Below are positions 25,333 to 37,740 of a stretch of 64,000 nt of DNA, in pieces. Both the position numbers and the translations under genes were made by a program. Under the pieces are notes generated by a model that saw nothing but the letters and a program-made list of their open reading frames with translations, searched no databases and had not been told where the DNA came from. Numbering within the stretch: position 1 is the stretch's first letter; the number at the start of each line of letters is the position of its first letter. The DNA is from Vicugna vicugna (lineage: Eukaryota), in contig MU058009.1 in NCBI GenBank assembly GCA_013265495.1, positions 4,594,739 through 4,658,738 on the forward strand. The letters are read 5' to 3'.

Positions 25333-27119
25333 ACAATCTCATCTTCTACACTGAGCAGAACAAAGCCCCTATTTCTCCTCGGGACAGTCGGACTGGAGAC
25401 TTGATAAAAGGAGAAATGTTCTTCCCACAAAGTGCAGTTCATCCCGTGCTGTTGGCCACCACACACGACGTCACGGCAGACGGGGTGACCCAGGGGCTCG
25501 GTGCACAGCGCTCCCGTCCCGGCCTCGCCGTGTGTCCAGTTCAGAGGACGTCTGAGTGACACGGCCTGAAGTGGGGGAAGATGGGGAGGGTCCTCGTTCC
25601 AACCCTGTGGCCAGGCTTGGGGTGGGGGGCCTGCGTGGGGACACCCTTCTCGTGAAGGATGACTCTCAGTGTGCCTTCCTTTACTGGGCACAGGGGGCAC
25701 TCCCAGGGCAGCGACGTCACTCCCGACCCCTTCTCGGCCGCAGTCCTAGTGCCCTGACCCGGGACGTGAGGGCCCTGGTACACGTACACCCTTTGCTGCG
25801 GGGTGTGGAGGGCACACACATCCGAGCGGAGCAGGGACGGAGAAGGTGTCTTCTTCTCTGTCCTCAGACAAAAAGGGGAGCCACACGCCTGCGGGCATGT
25901 CACCAAGAAATAGTGGCGTCACCAGAAAGGCCCGCCAATCCCAAAGGCTCCAGAGAAAGTCTGAATCAGGAAGAGAAGGAGAGAAATCCTTCTGATGGCC
26001 CCGTGGGTGGGGGACGGGCTCCGAGACGCCTGGCTCTACAAAACCCTCCAGGGAAACGACACTCACAAAGCATGAAGTGTCACAAACAGAGGGGACCTCC
26101 TCACAACCCAACACCCCTCCCCCTTCAGACCCAGGGACGGAAGCCCGGAGAAGTGCTTCTCACGTGCTGCTTTGCGGTCTCCAGCCTGTGTACTTGGTTT
26201 GCATCCATGCATAGAATTTGCAGCTTATCGACCATTTTTTTCAGACGCACGCATGTGTGCACACACACACACAGGACTAAGACTGAGGTGTGCATGTGTG
26301 GACCTGAGGGAAAGCAACTAATTCAGCTGTATGCTTCTCCGTGGGGTGAGAAGGGACAGAACCCCCCCGAGCCCCAGGCCTGGGTGTGCGGGGCAAAGCT
26401 CAGGCTGGGGAGTGAGTTTTTTGTCGCTCAGTGTTGTTTTTCTCCACTTTCCCACCCTACCCTGCCTCTGTGAAGAGCAAGTGTGATTATAATTTAAAAT
26501 TATAATTTAAAATAGAGGCCGAATAAATTAAATGTATTTCAGGTTGACTGCCCGCTTTCCTTTAAGCCCACAATTATGCATGTTAATTAAATGACTGTGT
26601 AATATTTGGGAGGAGAGGAGGAATAGCAGGAAAAAGAGGTCAGTAACAAAGGAAATGTTGAAATAGGCAGGCCCTCGGCAGAAGCGTGACCTTGGCCAGG
26701 CGCGCCCCCCACGCCTGCTGGAAAGCTCCCCCGGCGCCCGGCCCGCCCCGGCCCGCCGCGCTCTCCTGAGGGCCACCCCCCTCTCGGGAGCACCTCAGAA
26801 CGTGCGTATCTTTTCCACACAGGGTGACGTTCACCTGTCCTTTTACTGAGCTACAAGTTAGCAATCTATGAACACAATACGGATCCAGAATAGAATCTCC
26901 TGGCGTCAGGTGGTGGAGGCTTGGCCACCCGCCAGCCCGTGGAACAGGGACAAACCTCGTCCACCCCCTGAAGCTTGGGTTCTTTTCCTGCAACGCGGTG
27001 ACTTTCTGCTCTGCCTCCCCCGGGGCAGCTCTGAAGAATGACCACGAGACGAGGCTTGCAGAGGCTTTAGCTGTGTGCATTCTGATGGCTTTCACCTAGA
27101 GACAAGCCCAGCGAAGGAA

Positions 27120-27250
27120 CTGAAAGCATTCGGTGGCTCCATCATCCATGGGTGAGTTCTCACTCTTTCTGAGCCTTAGTTTCCTTGTAAGATGTGACTT
27201 GGGCGTGAACTTGGCGGGCTGCTGCGAGGCTCGGCCGAGGTCGTTCACGC
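27120..27250 (+). mobile_element. MIR fragment
   Basis: gggtgagttctcactctttctgagccttagtttccttgtaagatg. Confidence 0.6.
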
Positions 27251-27992
27251 TCCCTGAGCCCGCGCAGGGCTTGGCTGACCCTCACAGGCCTGGGGCTGGG
27301 CCCGCGGGAGAGTCAGACTTCACCTGCTAAACCAGACTCTGGCACTGAACCGACTGCAGGCTCAAAGCCCCAGCGTCTTTTGCAGACACAGAAACCACAT
27401 AGACTTGCTGGGAAGTCTCAGGTGTCTAAAATTTCTAGCCTTTTGTCTAAAATTGGCCTGAACAAGAATCTTCCGTGAGAGGAAGTGTCTGGTAGTAAAC
27501 AGAGTTTTGAGCTACCCAAGAGAGCAGACAGAGAACACCAGCATCCAAGGGGCAAGGATGCACCAGGCCTTCCCGCCTCTCTTCCCCGACAGAGACAACA
27601 ACTCCTGCAGTGGGAGGGCACCCACACCCTCTGGAATGCTGACAGGGTCCTGACATTCAGAATGACAATTAGATTCCGGATTCTCCAAGGGGCCAGCGTT
27701 TTCAGTTCTTGCGTAGGGTAAAGAGGGAACATTAAGGATGTGCATCCCTGGAGGGGTGAGCTGCTGGTAAATTAATTATCTTCCTCTCTGCCTCTGCCTC
27801 TGACCGCTCTGCACCACCTACTGTAGGGTTGGCACCCCACCCCTGCTCCCCACTGCGGATTTCCTTTCTTGAGCTCTGTCCTCAATTTCTGCTGATGCAA
27901 TGCAATTTCAGTAGCAGGAAAAAGAGGGGAAAGAAAGGATGACTGGAAAGTCCCCATGGGTCTCGATTAGAGAACTGACTTGAGATGTGGTC

Positions 27993-28262
27993 GGCAGTGG
28001 AGGGGTGGGGTGGTAAGCTGGGAGACACTGGTCTCGGAGTCACGTGGCTGGGCTTCTAGGCCAGCTCTGCTCCATACGCACAGGGCCCCCTGGCTGGTCT
28101 CTCAACCTCCCAGAGCTGCAGTTACCTAATTTGCAAAATGAAGATAACAGTCAGGGCCCCGAGACCTCCCAGGGCGTGTTGTGAGGGTCACAGGAGACAA
28201 AGATCGCGACCGGGGCTGTGAAGTATTAAATAAAGCCGTGGCACGCATGTCAACCCTGTTAT
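27993..28262 (+). mobile_element. Near full-length MIR
   Basis: ggcagtgg...tggtaag...ggagtcacgtggctgggcttctaggccagctctgc...ctcaacctcccagagctgcagttacctaatttgcaaaatgaagataac...gttgtgagggt. Confidence 0.8.
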
Positions 28263-31200
28263 AACAAGTCTCTCAGCTTGTTCCGTGGAAGAGCTCCATC
28301 CCGGTTTCAGTCCTCGCCAGGCCACCTGGGTGGTCTGACTCCCTACTCCCGTCCCATCTGCTTAAAGGGACTCGATGGCCACTGCCCCCTGTGCCACCTC
28401 GTCGGCTGGATCAGCCCAGCCTTCGCTCATCTTGCAAAGGTTTGCTGAGTGCCTGGGGTGCGTCAGACAGTGCGCTCTGGGCTGGGGTTCCTGCTGCTCT
28501 CCAGGAAGAGTTAACCTCACGAAACTTACCTACGCCCACGCTAGTAAACTCACGATGACTCTCAAACACCCCCTTCCCGTCTTGAGTTACACCTGTTTCT
28601 TAGCTCTGGAATGTCTGTGCAATGTCTGTGTTTTCTTTATCCCTCGACCTCACCAGCCTAACGCTTTCCTGTCCCAGGGGCTCGGGGCCCTGACTCCGCA
28701 GTCACTCGAGAGTCCACCTAACACTTCCCCAAACTCAGAAAGGGGAGGCCTTTTCATTCTCCCTCCCCCTAGGCACTGGGATCAGTCCTCTCAACTCCCC
28801 TTGGACAAAGTCTCTTGAAGGAACTTCTCCACGCCTACAGGCAGACCCTCAGCCCGCTCTGCTCACACCTTCTGAGCGATCGGCGGGACCTCCGGCCCTT
28901 CTCTGAGCCTCCAGCATCTCTCCATGTGTCCCCGCCCCACACAGGGCTGCCAGATGGGTTTTCCTGCCCTGGCTAACCTGAGCCCCTGCGTCTGGTTAAC
29001 GCCTCGGTGTCCGGTCTCAGCCACGCAATCACACACCATCACGCGGCTCCTCCAAGTGAGCCCTCAGGGGCCAAGAGGGGCCTCGGGGACCCGTGACCCT
29101 ACTGTAACGAATGCAGCTTCTCCTCTCAAAGAGAAGGGCTTGGACATTAATCCCATCATGTATGTGGCAAGGCCACCCTAGAACAGGGGAGGGCAGGCCT
29201 TGAGGTTAGGGACAGAGCGTCTCTATGTTACTCCCACGGTCGGAGAAGGAAGCAGCAAAGCCCAGGGCCCAGGGGGCCCCCACCTGCTAACGGCACTTGC
29301 CTGGTAGGGGTGATGAGATTCCAACATTCTCAAATGGACAGAAGATAAATAAACACCTTTTTAAAATTTATATAAGCAGACAAGCTGCAGCTCGGAAATT
29401 TTTCAGTTTTTCTCATTGCAAAATCAACACCCATCAGTAGGTTGAAATTAAAGGCAAGATTAGGCCTCAGTTTTATACACGCCTTATTGTATTCCAAGAG
29501 CCTTCTACTCGGTCAGATAAATCTTCAAGAGGATTAGGGAACTTGCATTATCTTTCTCTGATCTGAACCGACACCGAGTCTGAAGAGTTAATCTGTAGGC
29601 CGGACACTAGCCAGTCGCTGCCGGGAAGAAGGGGGACCCGGGGCTCCCTGCTGCCACCCACTGGGAAGCCAGCTGGTCTCCACGGAAGAGCGAGGCGGCC
29701 GGCTGGTCACCCGGACGAGGGCCGGCAGCTCCCTGGGCTCCTCCCCCGGAGCCCTCAGGAAGTGTGAAGCCCAGTCCGCTACGTCCTCCAAGAGAGGCTT
29801 CTCGCCTCCCGCCGCCGCCCTCCCGGCCTCCTCACTGGGCTCCGCAGGCCGCCTCGACAGCCAGGGCGAAGAAGCCACTCGGCCTGAAGAGGAGCCTTGA
29901 GGATGTGACCTGGGGACTGAGGCTCCGTCCCTCTGGGTCTTGCCCTTGCCCAGACTTTCTGACCCAGAGCTTTGAGGCCCACGGGGAGACCTGACCGGCT
30001 TCCTCCTCCAGCCTGCGGAACTGCTCCAGGCCCCTCGCGTGCAACACCGTCCCCGAAGCGCCGGGCCGCCAGCTGTCCGCGGCCTGTGTCGGCCTTGACG
30101 AGCTTCCACAAACTGTCTTATTTCCTGAAAAGTGATGGTCTCCTTCTGTCTGAGTCTGTGTCTGTACCGTGCCTGACAGTTCTTTTTTATTTCAGAGCTG
30201 AATTCCCTGAAATTGAAGATAACTTGGCTGTCAAGGCCACGGAGGTGCCGCTGCGGCGTCACTTCCAATGTGGAGAATCTCACCCCACCTGGAGCCGAGA
30301 CTGGGTGGCCGGCAGGTGGCGAAGGCGCGGACGGCCTGTTCTCTGCGCACAAACCCGCTCATCTCAGATCAGCGCCCCCACCAGCCTCTGAGGGGAAGCA
30401 CCCCACCTGCCAGCTGTTCTCATCCCCAGACAACAGGCTGTCTCAGCTCCGAGGCAGTGATCAGCACCAGGCCACACCCCAACGGGACATGTGTGGGGAA
30501 CAGAAGGGGCGGGGAACAGAAGGGGCAGAGCACAGACACCCCCGTGGAGCAAGCAGGTGCACATGTCTGAAAGCCTGTGGCTGAGGGAAGGGCTTGGAGG
30601 CTGAACGGAGGCAAAGCCTTGAGCCACATGGCAGGACCAGGGCCTGGCGGGGAGCAGAGGCTGCCGCAGACAGACCTCCGGCCCAGCACGGGCATCACAA
30701 AGGCCGCAGAGCCGCAGCCCCGGTGCTGTGCCAGCACAGAGCTGCTCCCGCTGCCAGAAAAGAATGGGCACCTTGCTTTGCGTGTATCACCAAGCATGGG
30801 CGCCTCCAACCCCTGCTCAAACTCCCCATGAAACCGCCTGGAAGGAGCACAGTTATATATATATATGTTAAGAAAGGCAAGGAAGAAGGAATCCACAGTA
30901 GCCAGGCAAGGATGCCAGACACATTCAGAAACAGAAAAAAATCCTGTGGGATGTACTGCAGACGGGATCTGATAAAGGGACTTACGTTGCTACATGACAC
31001 GCAGGGCCTCAGCCCGAGACACCAGCACAGGAGACACTGAGGAAGGTCCACCCAGCCTCCCCCCTGGCGGAGGAAGGCTGTGCCATTGAGGGGCGGGAGC
31101 CGGTCCGCTTAGCGCCTCGCCGCCACCATGGATCAGCACCTGCTGGAAGCTGCTTCGCGTGGCGACGGGGGTGTTGGCAGGGGGAGGTTTAACGTGAGTT

Positions 31201-32040
31201 TACTTGCATTGCTGCCTTGTTCTAAGGTGGTCCCCCAGTTCTCACAAATGCTCTCTGCATGACTTTTTAATTCTTAACATCTGACAGTTGATATCTGAGA
31301 CTCTGACATTTCTTCAAGCACATTTTTTTTCCTATAAAGTAAAAATCAAATGAAAAAAATCTGAAATACGATGCGTGGGTTATACTAATTCAGATTTTTT
31401 AAGAGAGGATGGAAGAGGAAGTTAGGAATTCTCCGTCCCACCCACGTTTGTAATTACATATATTTTTTTCCAACTTAGACCTGGAGATGACATTTTGACC
31501 AATGTCCCTCTTGACCTCAGCTCCACTGGGGCTGAAAGAGAGAGCGCCAAACGCAGGGAGACCCCTTCCGGAACGTGCAGAGCCACAACTCTGCAAGCAC
31601 AGTCGCAAGACTTCACGTCGGTATCATGAAGCTTTTACCCTGACACAGCCTCCGGAAAACAAAAGCATAGAGAGCAGCACCCTGTCTGTCCCCTGGCACG
31701 CCCTGCCCCAGCCCCAGCCCCAGAGGGCTGTGGTCACCAAATGTCCACGTGTGCCCAGCGTAACACAGCACATCTCTTGCCCCACAGCTCGGCAAGCCAG
31801 ACAACCTAACAATGAGAACAGAACGACTGGACATAAAACCGAGAAGCTTCGCAAAGATGCTCAGGGCTCAGTCAAGACCCCGGCAGGTGGGAGGAGCCCA
31901 GGACACACACCCAGTCTCCGGCCTCTGCAGAGGAAATGGCTCTTTGTGCCTCCCGACACGACCCGGAGCGCAGCTGAGATGAGGCCCCCCTCCCACCGCC
32001 TCGCTGACGGGCACGCCGAGCCCCCAGCCGGCCGGCCCAC

Positions 32041-32273
32041 CTTGCACGATGAGGTGGACCCGGGAGGTCTTGGGGTGGTTGTCCGTCTGCACGGAGCAGG
32101 TGTACGGGCCCTCGTCATACACGTCCACGTTCTGGATCATGATGCTGTACTGGGTGGGCGTGTTGACCAGGATGATCACACGAGGGTCTATGGACCACTT
32201 GTCGTTCCCGGCGTAGAGGATCGTGCTGCGGTTCAGCCAGGCCACCCGGGTGACCCGGTTGTCAATGGAGCAC
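32041..32273 (-). CDS. OPCML: OPCML internal coding exon (233 bp), most of Ig-like domain 1 of opioid-binding protein/cell adhesion molecule (IgLON family)
   Basis: Translates to (R)[77 protein letters not shown]. Both Ig cysteines, the core Trp, the D-x-G-x-Y-x-C motif and the NRS sequon are present. The segment [23 protein letters not shown] is OPCML-type; NTM has [23 protein letters not shown]. Acceptor ggtcctcctttcAG|G (AG at 32275-32274), donor CAAG|GTgggc (GT at 32040-32039). Length is 1+77x3+1 nt, phase 2 in and phase 1 out. Confidence 0.96.
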
Positions 32274-33698
32274 CTGAAAGGAGGACCAGACAGGTAAGCC
32301 AAGGGGCGGCAAGGAAATGGGGGCCAGCAGGGTGCGGTCTTCTCGGCACGGAAGGTTACGTTATAAATGTGGCTGTTGTAGCTCAAGCCATGAAGGAAAT
32401 AACATAACCCATGCTAAACGGAAACAATCAATTACTGACAAAAGTTCCTAAGTATAGGGCAGCAGTGGCCTGAGTCGCCCGAAGACCTGACGCTACAAGA
32501 TCATTTCCATGTGACTCAGGAGCATATTATGGGGGCGTCTTCGCTGTGTATCTGCTTTCCATCTTATTTTCCCTTCAGCCGGCTCCTACGAAAATGAGTT
32601 TACATTTCCCAGCACATCTGCCCTGTTGAGGGAGAACTGGCCCGGGGCAGAGGCGAGCAAAGTGGATCAGCATTTCAAGTAGGTCACAGATAATCCACAC
32701 AGCAAATGCTCAGCTTGCTGTTAAGTCGAAATTGGACACGTTTACCTTCAGACCCCCCTCGTGTCGAGGATCTCCTCCACCCCTAAGCTGCCCACAGCCC
32801 TCAAACCTCAATTTATAACCCAGGTTGCTGAAATTCACTGGAGAAAGCCAGCCGTCTTTGAGGAGGTCATGGCTGCCTCTGAAGCTTTCAGGAGAGGGAA
32901 GAAGGTGATGGCAGGCAGCGTTCCTCCTCCTCCCCCCACCCCCCGAGAACAGTGTCACTCATGTCACCTGGTTGTCATCAAGGTAAAGAGCTGGCCTCCA
33001 CCCCCATACCCTCACCTGCTCTTCCCAACAGACGGAGGCTCTGAATGAAGGCCACGAGCGAATGGAATTTGCTTTTTGGTGTGTGTGACCTACAGGCTAG
33101 CAGGTTTAATGCAGAAATACGTACACCTGTTGGTCAGGAGGACAATTTGCATATGTGCCCCAGGAACTCAGAATGCATGAATAGAAGCCCGAGAAAAGAG
33201 GATCCTTTCTAAATGCGGGGTTTTCGATAACAGGCTCCAGGTGTGTCTACCCGCTCCTCCACGCTCTAGTCAGAGCCTGAGTTTCAGCAACTCGGCAAGT
33301 GAAAAGGCAAAACTACACGCTGCTTCCCCAGACGTCCTAGCAGAGGGGCTGTAAGGAGGGCCTCCTGGAGACCAGGCACATGAACCCAGCCCCTCCCGGC
33401 GAGGAGGCAGAGAGCAAACACGGCCGTACCTCCCTACTCCTGACCTCATCTGGACCGACTGATGGCACAGAGCCCCTGACAGGGCTCAGGACGGGGGCAC
33501 CAAGGACTTTGCTGGTGGAGGAGACAGTGGATGTACGTCACACATGTGAGTCCCTTGGCAAAGTGACCAGCCTGATGCAGCCTGAACGGTCCAGGGAGCA
33601 GAAGGGCACTGGAGCGTCCCCTGGAAGGGGTGAGAGCCCAGTCTAGCGAGGCCCTCTCCCTGATGGGAAGGAGGAATGGAAATAAAACTAGCTTTCCA

Positions 33699-34240
33699 AC
33701 CTTAAAGTCCACGGTGAGATGACTGATAAAGAAGACATAATATGTACACAGTGGAATACTACTCAGCCATGAAAAAGAATAAAATAATGCCATTTGCAGC
33801 CACATGGACGGACCTGGAGATCATCATTCTAAGTGAAGTGAGTCAGACAGAGGAAGGCAAATACCATATGACACCGCCTTACGTGGAATCTAAAAAAAGG
33901 GACACGAATGAACTTATTTACAAAACAGACTCACAGACATAGAAAAAAAATTTATGGTTGCTGGGGGGAAGGTGGTTGGGGAGAGCTAAATTGGGAGTTT
34001 GGGATTTGCAGATATACACTACTGTGTATAAAGTAGGTAAATGACAAGTTTATACCGTACAGCACAGGGAGCTATATTCAGTACCTTGTAATGGCCTACA
34101 ATGAAAAAGAATGTGAAAAGGAATGTATATACATGTATATATATATGTATGAATGAATCACTATTTGTACACCAGAAACTAACACATTGTAAGTTGACTA
34201 TACTTCAATGAAAAACAAATAAATGAATACAAAATTGAAA
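33699..34240 (+). mobile_element. 5'-truncated camelid-type L1 with TSD
   Basis: ORF 33742-33942 (MYTVEYYSAMKKNKIMPFAATWTDLEIIILSEVSQ) is ORF2p C-terminus. Has a 3'UTR and A tail. Degenerate TSD aaataaaactagctttcca (33680-33698) / aaataaaatcagcttcca (34241-34258). Confidence 0.93.
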
Positions 34241-36987
34241 AAATAAAATCAGCTTCCAGTCACAGAGCTCTGCTATGCGTTGACACACCTGTCACTCGGA
34301 AGGTGCAGGCAGCCCCAAGCACAGTGAACCTGCTTAAACACGTGGACGAACACACCACCAGGATGCCCAGAGACCAAGCCAGTCCTTCCCTGTCTGTCCA
34401 GCAGCCCACCGCCTCTTCCTCGCCTCACTCCTAACGCATCTACTCACAGCCGTACAGCTTGCGTTGATTTGTTTGGTCCTGAAGTAGAGTCAGACGCTAA
34501 CGTTCCTGCTAGGCTTGTATTTTAACCTGGCCACCGGCATCCGGGCACACCTGTCGTTGTGAGTCCGACTCTGTCATGCTTCCAGGTAAGCGTAAGACCA
34601 GTGAGATGAGTTTCGGGGGCCCAGCTGCATTCACCATGAGGTCCCGGCTACTCAGGGATCCTGCAAGGGTTTCTGCCCACCTTCACGGACGCGGCGTGAA
34701 GAGAAGCTGAAGCCGTGGTGTCTCCTCCACAGCCCTGGGGCCCTGGCCTCACTTTCTGTGCATTGTTTTTTCCTTCTACGGCAACTTCCCATTTCCCTAA
34801 GGAGACTAAAGCCCTCGGCGCCCTCCCTGCTCTCCACTTTCAAAAGCATTTCTTTGGGGAAAAACATGATAAACTCATTTATTTGCTCTCAGTCGCAAAT
34901 CATTGATAGAGGTTAAGGTGCAAACATTTTAATAACAGCTGGGTTTTCATAAGGACCAAATCATCGTTTGACTCCTCAAGGTTAGATCCCAGTTGTACGA
35001 GTTCAGGAGCCGGTGAGCCTGGAAGTGGACGGCGTGTCCGGGCAGAAGGAAGAGCAGCGCCTCTCAGTCCCTGGACGCACACGCCCAGGTGGCAGTGCAG
35101 ACAAACATGCTTGCTTTCATGGTGGTCAGTTATGCAACACTTTGCCCGTTCCTAAACAAACGTAATGCATTTGGTTTGAAATTAGAGTTGCAGAGGATGC
35201 ATTTTTGGTCTGTAGAGAATATTCATGTCTTAAAATTAAAATGTCATAATGTTCCTCCACATATACACGTTCAGTGGAATTTAAATACCACAGTGATTTG
35301 ATACACGTGATTGTCTACTTTAAAAGTTCATGAACAAGCTCTTACTTAACCGTCTCCGAAACATGCACGGCTCCTTTTCCAAACTTGAACTTGGGTTTCC
35401 ACTACATGTCCTCTCCTGGATTCTGTCTCTTTAGCTGCAGATTTTATCCTCATACAACACTTTATGCTTGAAAATCTTTTACTGACCAGCCATCACATTC
35501 ATCTGCGATAATGTATATGTTATACAGAGGGTGAAATGTAAGCTTCTTTCACGCTCGGTGGCCATGAATTTCTGAATAATAATATTTTCTTTCAGAATGA
35601 GTTATCATTATGAGGATAATATTGACAAGACAACACACACAAATTGTGCATGTTTTTCAGTAATCATCAAGCATAAAAAGTAAACTTTTACTGGAAACGT
35701 AGCCCCTCATGGGACAGAAGAGGCGTTTATCACGACAGTAGATATCATTACATTAGAACGAGAACTCAGGATCAATTCTATTCCTACTTTTGCTTTGAAA
35801 GAAACCTCGCTCATGTGAGCAAGGAGAAGTGAAAACCTTCTATAGCAACGCCACTCAATTCTATGAACCCCTTCCAAGATATGTGCCAAAGCCTGCATAG
35901 TAATACAGCTTCAAACATTATCTTAATGATCTCACAGCTGACAATTCAATTAACTCCTCCTTCAATTTCTTTAAAAGCAATGAATTGGAAAATACCTGAC
36001 TTGCAAAGGGCTTTGTAACCCAGTATTAAATTCATTCAATTTCTCAGTATCTGGACAGCATACTGCTAACACTTTACTAGGCCTTATCAAATGACTATTA
36101 AAGATGTGTTATTCTGTCACTTCGAAGCCCTTTGTTCAACCCAATACACTGAGAAAGGTGGGGAAATTGAAATACTGTTTATTTTAATATGCCAAACCAC
36201 ACTGCCCTCTGTCAGAAAACGTCTCTATCTCTCTGGGTTCCAGTTCCAAGACAGAGAAGACACGGGATTTGCCACGAATTCATTGCTGATGAGAAACTGC
36301 GCCACTCCCGTCACAACTTCCCCGCTTGCCTTGGTGGGGCTCTCCTTCAAGACTGACCCCCTGTTTGATGATAGTTGCACAACAGTGGTGGCGGCAGCGA
36401 AGAAAGTACAGGGAAGTTCTCCCCTGGACGACTGGGAAAGTGGGAGCAGTCAGGAAGCAGAAGCCGGCACTCTCTTGGGCAGATCTGTTTTAGGACATTT
36501 TGGACCTTGAAAGTGTATCTCCTTGGACACACTTCCTTGTGTGAACCTACAACCGCAGGTTGGGGGTGAATGGAACCACTTCAAATTGCTGCAGGTCCAG
36601 GAGGGGCTCACTCTGAAACAGGTCAGTTCAAATCCACCCTCCAGGGCAGCGCACACTCTCAGTGCCCCGCCACACAGCCCTCGGAAAGCCTCGTGTACCC
36701 CCGGGGTACCCCAGACGGGTGACCTGGGGCCAGTTTACCTGCACTCAAGCCTGGGCCTCACCAGTGGGCACGGAGGGTAAACAGAGAGAGGTAAGCCCGT
36801 CTCCCCGTGGGGCAGAGCTGCCTCGCCGAGTCTGCACGCCTGGAACCTACGGAGTGACTAGGACCTGGGCGGGAGGGGGTGTGGCTCGAGGACAGTTCTC
36901 TGCCTCAGAAACACTTCCACGCTTCAAGAGGGTGCGTGCTTCCAGTGCCTCTTGCCTTCTTCCATCACAGAAGGGCCCTTTCACCAC

Positions 36988-37740
36988 ACACCCGGAGAAA
37001 ACTCTAATTCAAAAAGATTCCCCCCCCATGTTCACAGCAGCACTGTTTACAACAGCCAAGATGTGGAAGCACCTAAATGTCCATCGACAGATGGCCGGTT
37101 AGAGAAGATGTGGTGTATTCATACACGGAATACCACTCAGCCACAAAAAGGAATGAAGTAACGCCATTTGCAGCACCACGGGTGGACCTGGAGATGATTA
37201 CACTAAGTGAAGTAACTCAGACAGAGGAAGACAAATGCCATACGATACGCTTCTATGTGAAATCTAAAAAGTGATACAATGAACTTATTCACAAAATACA
37301 AACAGACTCACAGACACAGGAAATAAGCTCACGGAATCCAAAGGGGAAAGGGGGGCCGGAGGGGTAAATGAGGAGTCTGGGATTAGCAGATACGAACTAC
37401 TGTATATAAAGTAGATAAACAACAAGGTCCTACTGTGCAGCACAGAGAACTACATTCACTATCTTACAATAACCTATAATGAAAAGGAATATGGAAAGGA
37501 ATATATATATATACACATATGTATCTGAAGCACCATGTTTGCCCCAGAAACTGATGCGGCACCGTAAACCAACTAAACGTCAACGAAAAAATACACCGTA
37601 AACCAACTAAACGTCAACGAAAAAATACACCGTAAACCAACTAAACGTCAACGAAAAAATAACACCGTAAACCAACTAAACGTCAACGAAAAAATACACC
37701 GTAAACCAACTAAACGTCAACGAAAAAAAACCAACCAACC
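36988..37740 (+). mobile_element. 5'-truncated L1 whose 3' terminus is tandemly amplified
   Basis: EKTLIQKD..PMFTAALFTTAKMWK and EYHSATKRNEVTPFAA..VDLEMITLSEV are ORF2p remnants. Possible TSD gggccctttcaccac (~36973) / aggccctttgccac (~37746). Confidence 0.92.
37560..37730 (+). repeat. 34-bp minisatellite, 5 copies
   Basis: Unit caccgtaaaccaactaaacgtcaacgaaaaaata starts at 37560, 37594, 37628 (one extra A), 37663 and 37697. Confidence 0.97.

Larger units (their letters stand above)
1..32040 (-). other. OPCML: OPCML intron downstream of the Ig1 exon (partial)
   Basis: The next exon (Ig2, beginning VPPQI...) is not found in the 32 kb after the donor. Confidence 0.85.

Noticed and set aside
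25556..26473. 305-aa ORF
   Set aside because: Arg/Gly/Pro-rich composition, non-ATG start and no recognisable domain; a chance ORF in GC-rich DNA.
29588..30352. 254-aa minus-strand ORF (similarly 12783-13460 and other 150-225 aa ORFs)
   Set aside because: No recognisable homology or codon pattern, and overlapping ORFs in several frames indicate stop-codon depletion by GC content.
32041..32273. Assignment to NTM, LSAMP, NEGR1 or a processed pseudogene
   Set aside because: The diagnostic central residues are OPCML-type, splice sites are intact, and no adjacent exons are fused.
31868..32386. 172-aa ORF as a complete gene
   Set aside because: Only 32041-32273 is IgLON-like and bounded by AG/GT; the flanks are intronic read-through.
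31502..32407. 301-aa plus-strand ORF antisense to the exon, with plus-strand CAG|GTAAGC at ~32293
   Set aside because: A shadow ORF expected from very high GC3, with no protein-like features. The donor-like motif is the complement of the exon's likely branch point (CTTAC).
37560..37730. CRISPR-like array of ~34-bp repeats
   Set aside because: Units are head-to-tail with no unique spacers, there are no cas genes, the context is mammalian, and the unit derives from an L1 end.
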